A stretch of DNA of 15,085 nt, from NCBI GenBank assembly GCA_046598045.1, contig JBKJJJ010000019.1:1-15085 (forward strand), written 5' to 3'. This DNA comes from Candidatus Eiseniibacteriota bacterium (lineage in GTDB: Bacteria > Eisenbacteria > RBG-16-71-46 > DASYSL01). The translations under genes and the position numbers were made by a program. This document shows, piece by piece, positions 8,534-15,085 of the stretch; position 1 is the stretch's first letter; each line of letters opens with the position of its first letter. The notes beneath the pieces were generated by a model. The model saw nothing but the letters and a program-made list of their open reading frames with translations. It did not search any database and was not told the DNA's origin.

Positions 8534-8549
8534 TGCAGGTTCGGTGCCA
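8534..8549 (-). promoter_or_regulatory. sigma54 (RpoN) -24/-12 promoter pointing leftwards
   Basis: Minus strand TGGCACCGAACCTGCA with GG-N10-GC spacing; followed at the same offset as the 2625 promoter by GCTTCCGG. Confidence 0.6.
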
Positions 8550-8616
8550 GTCCTGCCCGGGGGAAACCCAAGCGGCAGCCCCGCCGTAGGTTGCGAGGAC
8601 CGCCCCCGGGCGCGCC

Positions 8617-8645
8617 TTGCCGCGCCGGGGGCCCTCGACTAGACT
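8617..8645 (+). promoter_or_regulatory. sigma70-type promoter for the glycolipid-synthase-like gene
   Basis: TTGCCG (8617-22), 17-bp spacer, TAGACT (8640-45), about 65 nt before GTG 8711. Confidence 0.55.
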
Positions 8646-8710
8646 CGCGACCAGTTTGCAGACGTCCCCTGGCCAGGCTGTGGCCGCCCCGACGGAGGAT
8701 TTCGGGCCCC

Positions 8711-9922
8711 GTGTCCGCTCCCCGCACCGCCCCACCGCGCGTCCTGATCCTGCATGCCACCGCAGGCTCCGGGCACAAGCGCGCCGCCATGGCGCTCGAG
8801 CATGCGTTCCACGAGATCGCGCCCGAGACCCATGCCCGCGCGCACGACACGCTCCATTTCAGCTCGCGCCTGTTCAAGCGCGGCTACACGCCGACCTACA
8901 ACACACTGGTCGGGCGCGCGCCACGGGTCTGGGGGCTGCTCTACAAGGGGCTCGAGCACCCGCGCATTCATCGCGGTACGAGCCCGGTCAGGCTGGCGCT
9001 CGACCGCGTCAACGTGCGCGAGCTGGTCTCGTTCATCGAGCGCGAGCGGCCGACCGCCGTGGTGTGCACGCACTTCCTGCCGCTCGAGGCGCTCGCGCCC
9101 CGGCGCCGGCGCGGGCTCCTCTCCTGCCCGCTGTATTGCGTGATCACCGACTTCACCGCGCACCCGTTCTGGGCGATCGAGGGTATCGATGCCTCGTTCG
9201 TCGCCACCACGGCCGTGCGCGAGGAACTCGCCTCGTGGGGCGTGGCATGGGACACGATCCACGTCACCGGCATCCCGATCGACCCGGCGTTCGCGGGCGG
9301 TCCGCTCGATCAGAAGGAGGCGCGCACGCAGTTCCAGCTCGCGCCCGATCGGCCAACCGTGCTGCTGATGGGCGGCGGCAACGGCGTCGGCCCGCTCGCG
9401 ACGCTCGCCGAGCGCCTGCTCGATTTGCCGGGCGCGCCGCAGTTGCTCGTGGTGTGCGGCAAGAACGCGCGCCTGCGCATGCGCATGCGTTCGATCGCCG
9501 AGGCCGCGCCGGGCCGGGTGCGCGTGCTCGGCTTCACCGACCAGGTGCCCGCGCTGCTGTCGGCCGCGGACGTGATCGCGACCAAGGCCGGCGGGCTGAC
9601 CTGCAGCGAGAGCCTTGCCATGCAGGTCCCGATGGTGGTGTTCCGGCCGACGCCGGGACAGGAGGAGAAGAACTCGCTCGCGCTCTCGGTCTCGGGCGCG
9701 GCCGTCCGCGCGCGCTCGTTCGAGCAGGTCGCGTCCTCGATCGAGCGCATCCTCGCGCACCCCGCGCTCGCGGCCTCGATGAAGGACGCCTGCCGCCAGT
9801 TGGCCCGCCCGCAGGCGGCGTTCGACATCGCCCGGCAGGTCTTGGGCTTGCCCGCCCGTGCGGAATCTGAGGGCGAAACCGCCGAATCCCCGGGCCTGGC
9901 CCAGGCGCCCCGGGCAGGCTAA
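8711..9922 (+). CDS. MGDG synthase / UgtP-like diacylglycerol glycosyltransferase (GT28 family)
   Basis: ATAGSGHKRAA, VVCTHFLP, VITDF..HPFW, TGIPI, LMGGGNG, VCGKN, GFTDQV, TKAGGLTCSESL and PGQEEKN. GTG 8711 follows GGAGGA (8694-99). Confidence 0.85.
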   Translation: MSAPRTAPPRVLILHATAGSGHKRAAMALEHAFHEIAPETHARAHDTLHFSSRLFKRGYTPTYNTLVGRAPRVWGLLYKGLEHPRIHRGTSPVRLALDRVNVRELVSFIERERPTAVVCTHFLPLEALAPRRRRGLLSCPLYCVITDFTAHPFWAIEGIDASFVATTAVREELASWGVAWDTIHVTGIPIDPAFAGGPLDQKEARTQFQLAPDRPTVLLMGGGNGVGPLATLAERLLDLPGAPQLLVVCGKNARLRMRMRSIAEAAPGRVRVLGFTDQVPALLSAADVIATKAGGLTCSESLAMQVPMVVFRPTPGQEEKNSLALSVSGAAVRARSFEQVASSIERILAHPALAASMKDACRQLARPQAAFDIARQVLGLPARAESEGETAESPGLAQAPRAG

Positions 9923-9944
9923 CTGACGTTCTCCCTTTACCGAT

Positions 9945-9985
9945 CTGTCAGGCCCTTGTCAGACGGGTTCTTGCAGCATTAGACT
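9945..9985 (+). promoter_or_regulatory. sigma70-type promoter with an overlapping 11-bp-period direct repeat (OmpR/PhoB-family box-like)
   Basis: CTGTCAG-gccc-TTGTCAG (9945-9962); TTGTCA (9956-61), 18-bp spacer, TAGACT (9980-85). Confidence 0.45.
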
Positions 9986-10172
9986 CGGCTCCTGCGTGGC
10001 GGCGTGGATCGATGCGACGCGGAATTGTTTCGAGGCATTGCACGGAGGCCCCCGGGGTTCCCCCCTCGCTCTGACGGACCAGCTTCAGCACGTCTTGTCG
10101 CGGTCTCACGAAGCACTCTCCCGAGGCGGGCTCGCGCCCCTCAGGTGGGGGTCGTCGATTGGCTTGGAGTTC

Positions 10173-12314
10173 ATGAGAGTTTTCCGCTCCGCGGCGTCCG
10201 GGCTGGCCGGGTGGCTCGTGCTCGCGGGGATCGAAGTCGGCGCGGTACGCGCCGCCGTTCCCCCGGAGTCCGTGCGCCCGCTGCCGCGCGCCGTCGAGTC
10301 CGGCGCCACCGCGGAACCGAAGAAGGACGCGGCTCCAGCCGATCGCCCGCAGGCGGGCGGCCGGGTGGTGCAATTGCCGGAGGAAGTGGTGCGCAGCACC
10401 GGCATCTCGTTCGGTGAGAGCGGCGCGATGACGATTCGCATGCCCGGCGGCGACGCGCAGCGGCTGCCGGGAGGATTTGCCGACCCGACGCGCGTGCTGA
10501 CCGCGCTGCCGGGCGTGTCGAACGATTCCGACTTCGACGGCCTGCTGTTCGTGCAGGGCGGCGACGGCGGGCAGAACCGGATCCTGGTCGACCAGGTGTC
10601 GGTGAGCGACGCCTACCACTTCGGCGGTGTCGTGAGCGTGCTCAACACCGACGTGATCGACCGGCTCGAGTTCCTGTCCGGCGGCTACACGGCCGAATAC
10701 GGCGACGCGCTCTCGGGCGTGCTCAAGATCAAGCGCCGGATCGGCGACCTCGCGAAGGTGCGGGCGAGCGCGGGCCTGTCGCTGCTGACCGCGAACGGCA
10801 CGCTCGAGGGGCCGCTCGGCAACGACGGCCGCGGATCGTGGCTGGTGGCCGCGCGGCGCTCGTACATCGACGAGGTGCTCAAGGGCCGCACGTCCGGTCC
10901 CGCGGCGCTGCCGGCGTACTGGGACGTGGACGCGCGCGTCTATCGGCGCGTGGGTGCGAACGACCTCAGGTTCGGGTTCCTGCGTTCGGGGGACTTCCTG
11001 TCGGCACGGCTGGGGGACACGTTCTCCTTCGCGCCGTCCGAGTCGTCCGGGCTCGAGTGGAACCGCCACCTGACGATGGCATCCCTCAACTGGGAGCACA
11101 CTGCCGGGAGCTGGGCGCTGACGCAGGCCGTGGCCTACGCCTGGCGCGCGCAGGCGGTGGAGTTGTTCGGCGGCCTGCCGCAACACGCGGACCAGGACGT
11201 GCGGACGTTCGACTGGCGGGGCGATGCGCGGCGGCCGTCGCGCCGGGTGACCTGGGTCACCGGCGCGCAGCTGACGCACTCGCACTCGGAGTACGGGCTC
11301 GACATCAACCGGCTCTCGATCCTCGAGCCGGACCGGAGGTCGAATCCGCGCTCGCCGCTCGACACCGCGCGCGTGGTAGCCGCGTACGAGGGACGCAACG
11401 TGTACCTCGCCGGCTACGCGCAGGCCGAGGCGTCCTTGATCGACTCGACGCTGGGGGCGATCGTCGGCGTGCGCTTCGAGCGCGCCTCGCGCAGCGGGCA
11501 GACCGAGCCCACGCCGCGCCTGCGCCTGTCGTGGCGCACGCCGCTGCCGGGGTTCACGCTGCATGCGGCCGTGGGCGAGTACCTGCAGTTCCCGGGCGAT
11601 CGGCTCGAAGCCGACCCGACGATCGGGAACAAGGACCTGCGCGCCGAGCGCTCGCGCCACCTGCTGGTGGGGGTGACGCGCACGTTCCGCCGCGGGGAAC
11701 GACTGTCGCTCGAGGGCTACCACAAGGCCCTGAGCGACCTGATCGTGTACGACGCCGGCGCGCCTCAGGGCGCGCCGCCGTACGCGAACACCGGCACGGG
11801 CACGGCGCGCGGGATCGAGTTTCTCGCCCACGTGCCGCGTCCGCGCTGGGATGCGTGGGTGTCGTACTCGCTGGGGGACGTCCGTTATCGCGACTTCCCG
11901 GGCAGTGCGGAGTACGCGCCGGCGCAGGACCTCCGGCACACGATCGCCATCGTGGGCCGGGTACGACCGTCGCCTGGTTGGGCGTTCGGCGTGAAGTGGC
12001 GGGCGCAGAGTGGCCGCCCCTATACGCCGATCGTGGGACGCGAGGACGTGTCCGAGTACTACGACGGCTTGAGCTGGATCCCGGTGCTGGGGGCGTATCA
12101 CAGCGGCCGTTTCCCCTGGTACCACCGCCTCGATCTGCGAGGCGAGCGCGCGTTCAAGCTGGGAGGCGCGCACGCCACCGCGGCGCTCGAGTTGATCAAC
12201 GCCTACGGCCGGCGAAACCTGTACGACTACCGGTACGTCGACGGCTACAGCCGCGCGACGCCGGTCCGCATGCTCCCGTTCCTGCCGTCGTTCGGCGTGA
12301 CGGTGTCGTTCTAG
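10173..12314 (+). CDS. TonB-dependent outer-membrane receptor (plug plus beta-barrel)
   Basis: Signal-peptide-like N-terminus from ATG 10173 (GGAG upstream); TonB-box-like EEVVR; plug DPTRVLTALPGV...QGG...N.ILVD...HFGG.VSVLN.D.ID.LEFLSGGY.AEYGDALSGVL; NKDLRAERS; YHRLDLR; C-terminal amphipathic strand ending in Phe (SFGVTVSF). Confidence 0.88.
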   Translation: MRVFRSAASGLAGWLVLAGIEVGAVRAAVPPESVRPLPRAVESGATAEPKKDAAPADRPQAGGRVVQLPEEVVRSTGISFGESGAMTIRMPGGDAQRLPGGFADPTRVLTALPGVSNDSDFDGLLFVQGGDGGQNRILVDQVSVSDAYHFGGVVSVLNTDVIDRLEFLSGGYTAEYGDALSGVLKIKRRIGDLAKVRASAGLSLLTANGTLEGPLGNDGRGSWLVAARRSYIDEVLKGRTSGPAALPAYWDVDARVYRRVGANDLRFGFLRSGDFLSARLGDTFSFAPSESSGLEWNRHLTMASLNWEHTAGSWALTQAVAYAWRAQAVELFGGLPQHADQDVRTFDWRGDARRPSRRVTWVTGAQLTHSHSEYGLDINRLSILEPDRRSNPRSPLDTARVVAAYEGRNVYLAGYAQAEASLIDSTLGAIVGVRFERASRSGQTEPTPRLRLSWRTPLPGFTLHAAVGEYLQFPGDRLEADPTIGNKDLRAERSRHLLVGVTRTFRRGERLSLEGYHKALSDLIVYDAGAPQGAPPYANTGTGTARGIEFLAHVPRPRWDAWVSYSLGDVRYRDFPGSAEYAPAQDLRHTIAIVGRVRPSPGWAFGVKWRAQSGRPYTPIVGREDVSEYYDGLSWIPVLGAYHSGRFPWYHRLDLRGERAFKLGGAHATAALELINAYGRRNLYDYRYVDGYSRATPVRMLPFLPSFGVTVSF

Positions 12315-12552
12315 GCGACGGGTTTCGCGCAGGAGCAGTGGCAGCACGCAGCACCCGGACCCCGCGTTCGGACGCGTCGCCCCGGGAGGGTGGCGTACGA
12401 AGGACGATGCACGGAAGGGACGTTCCCAGGGACGCAGGGTCCTCGCCGGCTCGCCGGCGAAGACTGGAGATCGGTTGTACGCAGCACGGCTTTCATCCCG
12501 GGTTCGGCGATCGCGACGTCGGGCTCACGCTTCAACCAGCAGGAGGTGCAAC

Positions 12553-13050
12553 ATGCGCGCAGTCAGGTTCCTTTCATTCGCTCTGCTTATGGTCGTGGGC
12601 TTTGCCGGTGTGGCGAGCGCCCAGTACAACAACACGCCGGGTGTCTACAGCGTGAAGGTGGGGGTCGTGCCGGCTCTGCTGCCGCCCGGCTCCCTTCCGG
12701 GGGACCTGCCGCTCCTCGGCCCGGACCTCTACAACGGCACGCTCACGGTCACGGCGATCGCGGGCGGTTACACGGCCGACTTCCAGGGCCAGCGCGCGGA
12801 CGGCGCGAAGCTCAACGCCAGTGCCACGTTCAACAGCAGCTGGGCGGGCTTCAAGCTGGGCTCGATCGTGGTCGGATCGTCGCTCGAGTCCGACGTCATC
12901 ACGGGCATCGACGGGGCGAACCTGACGAGCGCCCACATCAACGGCGTGGGCACGGTTGATGGCGCGGTACACCGCGTGCTCGCGAAGTTCAGCGCCGGAC
13001 CGACGCTCACCCAGTTCAAGGTTCTCAAGGCGCCGGGCAACCTGCGCTAG
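12553..13050 (+). CDS. Secreted hypothetical protein, 165 aa, predicted beta-rich
   Basis: Strong SD AGGAGGT 5 nt before ATG 12553; Sec signal peptide MRAVRFLSFALLMVVGFAGVASA|Q; strongly C/G-ending codons; followed by a terminator. Confidence 0.85.
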   Translation: MRAVRFLSFALLMVVGFAGVASAQYNNTPGVYSVKVGVVPALLPPGSLPGDLPLLGPDLYNGTLTVTAIAGGYTADFQGQRADGAKLNASATFNSSWAGFKLGSIVVGSSLESDVITGIDGANLTSAHINGVGTVDGAVHRVLAKFSAGPTLTQFKVLKAPGNLR

Positions 13051-13072
13051 TCCGTCGCAAGTCACGGCATGG

Positions 13073-13105
13073 GGGGCGGCCTCGCAAGGGGTCGCCCCGT
13101 TGTCG
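13073..13105 (+). terminator. Probable intrinsic terminator after the secreted protein gene
   Basis: GGGGCGGCCTC-gcaa-GGGGTCGCCCC (11-bp stem with 2 G-U pairs, GNRA loop) followed by GTTGTCGTCT, an imperfect U tail. Confidence 0.65.
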
Positions 13106-13114
13106 TCTGGGGCA

Positions 13115-13144
13115 TTGACCCCCTGGGGCGGCGCCATGTAATTT
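13115..13144 (+). promoter_or_regulatory. sigma70-type promoter for the meaB-mutase operon
   Basis: TTGACC (13115-20), 18-bp spacer, TAATTT (13139-44) inside an AT-rich patch. Confidence 0.6.
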
Positions 13145-13213
13145 ATTGCCGATCCATCAGTTCGCCCATCGGCACCCGCGGCGGAGGACCCCATCACGAG
13201 CCCGACGACCAGC

Positions 13214-14176
13214 ATGCGCCCCAGCCTCTTCGAGCGCGCCCTCGCGGGCGACCGGGTCGCGCTGGCGCGCGCCATCTCGCTGGTGGAGAATGAGGCTGAG
13301 TCCGCCGACGCGATCCTCGAGGCGGCGTTCCCGCGCACGGGCAAGGGGCTCAGGATCGGCATCACGGGGCCCCCGGGCGCGGGCAAGTCGACGCTCACCG
13401 CCCGCCTCGCGCGCGCCTACCGCGAGGCCGGCGAGCCGGTCGCGATCGTCGCCGTGGACCCGACGAGCCCGTTTTCGGGCGGCGCGGTGCTCGGCGACCG
13501 CGTGCGCATGTGGGAGCTCGCGGGGGACCCGGGCGTGTTCATCCGTTCGATGGCCTCGCGGGGTTCGCTCGGCGGTCTCGCCAGCGCGACCAGCGACGTG
13601 TGCGACGTGCTCGAGGCCGTCGGCTTCGGTCGCATCCTGATCGAGACCGTGGGCGTCGGGCAGAGCGAGCTCGAGGTCGCCGAGACCGCGGACACCACGC
13701 TGGTCGTGCTCGTGCCCGAATCGGGCGACGCGGTGCAGGCGCTCAAGGCCGGGCTGATGGAGATCGGCGACGTGTTCGCGATCAACAAGGCCGATCGCGA
13801 GGGCGCCGAGCGCGCGGCCCATGCCGTGCGCTCGATGCTCCACCTGGGCGCGCATCGGGACGGCTGGGAGCCGCCCGTCGTGCTCACGGTCGCGCAGGAC
13901 GGCACGGGCGTCGCCGAGCTGGTCTTGACGCTCGGCCGCCACGTCGAGTTCTTGGGCGCGCAGAACCTGCTCGAGCGCCGCAGGCGGCGCAGGCTCGGCG
14001 AGCGCATCGAGGCGCTGATCGAGGCCAGGGCCCGTGCGCGCTACCACGGCCGGGTGCCCGAGGCGAAGCGCGAGGAGATCCTGTCGCAGGTCGAACGCCG
14101 CGCACTCACGCCGGCCGACGCCGCGCGCATGCTGTTCGACCTGGCCTGGCCCGAGGGGCCGGGTCCACAGGGCTGA
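13214..14176 (+). CDS. meaB: MeaB/ArgK family GTPase chaperone of B12-dependent acyl-CoA mutases
   Basis: [10 protein letters not shown]-loop [53 protein letters not shown]; adjacent to a mutase. Start may be 18-21 nt further upstream (see findings). Confidence 0.94.
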   Translation: MRPSLFERALAGDRVALARAISLVENEAESADAILEAAFPRTGKGLRIGITGPPGAGKSTLTARLARAYREAGEPVAIVAVDPTSPFSGGAVLGDRVRMWELAGDPGVFIRSMASRGSLGGLASATSDVCDVLEAVGFGRILIETVGVGQSELEVAETADTTLVVLVPESGDAVQALKAGLMEIGDVFAINKADREGAERAAHAVRSMLHLGAHRDGWEPPVVLTVAQDGTGVAELVLTLGRHVEFLGAQNLLERRRRRRLGERIEALIEARARARYHGRVPEAKREEILSQVERRALTPADAARMLFDLAWPEGPGPQG

Positions 14177-14192
14177 GGCCCGGGAGACCGCG

Positions 14193-15085
14193 ATGACCGA
14201 CAAGGCGACCACCAAGGCCGGGCCCGCCCCCGAGCAGGGGCCGGGCCGCGCGCTCACCCCCGAGCTCGAGCGCATCGCGCAGGCCGCCGCGCAGTGGGCG
14301 CAGAGCACGCCCGCGCGCGCGAAGGTCGAGCGCGACGACCTGTTCGAGACCATCTCGGGCGACCCGGTCAAGGCGCTCTACACGCCGTTGGATCTCGCGG
14401 GTTCCGACTATGCGAGGGACCTCGGCTTCCCCGGCGAGTACCCCTACACGCGCGGCATCCGCCACAACATGTATCGCGGCCGGCTGTGGACGATGCGGCA
14501 GTTCGCCGGCTTCGGCAACGCGAAGGACACGAACCAGCGCTTCCACTACTTGCTGGCGCACGGGCAGGACGGGCTCTCGGTCGCGTTCGACGTGCCGTCG
14601 CTGATGGGCTTCGACTCCGACGACCCGCGCTCGCTCGGCGAGGTCGGCGTGTGCGGCGTCGCGATGGACTCGATGGCCGACATGGCGACGCTGTTCCAGG
14701 GCATCGACCTCGCCAAGGTCACGACCTCGATGACGATCAACGGGCCGGCCGCGATCCTCTGGGGCCTGTTCCTGGCGAACGCCGAGAAGCAGGGCGTCGG
14801 GCTCGCGCAACTGGGCGGCACGCTGCAGAACGACTGCTTCAAGGAGTTCATCGCCCAGAAGTGCTGGTGCTTCCCGCCACGCCCCGCGCTGCGCCTGGTG
14901 GTCAACAGCGTGCAGTTCGCGACCGAGCACATGCCGAAGTGGAACTCGATCTCGGTCTCGGGCTACCACATCCGGGAGGCCGGCTCGACCGCGGCGCAGG
15001 AGCTGGCGTTCACGCTCAAGGACGGCTTCACCTACGTCGAGGAGTGCATCAAGGCCGGCATGGACGTCGACTCGTTCGCGCCGCG
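14193..15085 (+). CDS. icmA: B12-dependent acyl-CoA mutase large subunit, isobutyryl-CoA mutase-like; 3'-truncated by the window edge
   Basis: Absent from the ORF track because it runs off the window. Manual translation from ATG 14193 (GGGAG SD) gives [70 protein letters not shown] and [23 protein letters not shown]. Family assignment is secure; the icmA label is inferred from two residues. Confidence 0.85.
   Translation, partial: MTDKATTKAGPAPEQGPGRALTPELERIAQAAAQWAQSTPARAKVERDDLFETISGDPVKALYTPLDLAGSDYARDLGFPGEYPYTRGIRHNMYRGRLWTMRQFAGFGNAKDTNQRFHYLLAHGQDGLSVAFDVPSLMGFDSDDPRSLGEVGVCGVAMDSMADMATLFQGIDLAKVTTSMTINGPAAILWGLFLANAEKQGVGLAQLGGTLQNDCFKEFIAQKCWCFPPRPALRLVVNSVQFATEHMPKWNSISVSGYHIREAGSTAAQELAFTLKDGFTYVEECIKAGMDVDSFAP

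Noticed and set aside
8181..8735. 184-aa minus-strand ORF across the yraN-glycosyltransferase gap (also 8008-8481 +)
   Set aside because: Low-complexity translation, overlaps neighbouring genes, and spans the promoter elements.
9986..10172. Cobalamin riboswitch ahead of the TonB receptor (tempting because meaB and the mutase are nearby)
   Set aside because: No B12-box (GCCAGGAGACC-like) and no GGGAA..GGTG.AA.TCC or GC.ACTG core visible, so the receptor cannot be called btuB.
9948..12347. 799-aa antisense ORF, and similar antisense ORFs at 2860-3831, 3908-5170, 8639-9760, 13157-14371 and 14106-14969
   Set aside because: Mirror frames of real genes with strong GC3 bias; no recognisable motifs or SD signals.
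12313..12354. Possible sigma54 promoters (AGGCGACGGGTTTCGC, TGGCAGCACGCAGC) for the secreted protein
   Set aside because: GG-to-GC spacing is 11 and 9 respectively; RpoN requires 10.
1..15085. CRISPR arrays, tRNA/rRNA genes, IS elements or prophage
   Set aside because: No regularly spaced repeats, tRNA T-arm/cloverleaf patterns, transposase or integrase motifs, or terminal inverted repeats were seen.

Overview
High-GC bacterial chromosomal window in which every credible protein gene lies on the + strand. From left to right it contains four blocks. (1) A cell-envelope glycosylation block: a 5'-truncated SAM methyltransferase, a GT-C-type membrane glycosyltransferase, an NDP-sugar SDR epimerase/decarboxylase and a WecA/MraY-family transferase. 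(2) The conserved khpA-rimM-trmD-rplS-rnhB-yraN cluster, here without rpsP in front. (3) An MGDG-synthase/UgtP-like glycosyltransferase, a TonB-dependent receptor and an unknown, probably abundant, secreted 165-aa protein. (4) meaB followed by a 3'-truncated B12-dependent acyl-CoA mutase large subunit with isobutyryl-CoA-mutase specificity residues. The most interesting signals are non-coding. Two closely similar sigma54-type promoters (2625-2650 +, 8524-8549 -) are each followed by GGA-rich hairpin RNA. The second has no convincing protein gene to drive and may express a CsrA/RsmA-titrating sRNA. A third GGA-hairpin-rich leader precedes the secreted protein. No mobile element, CRISPR array, tRNA or rRNA was seen. 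All calls come from reading motifs by eye; no database searches were run.
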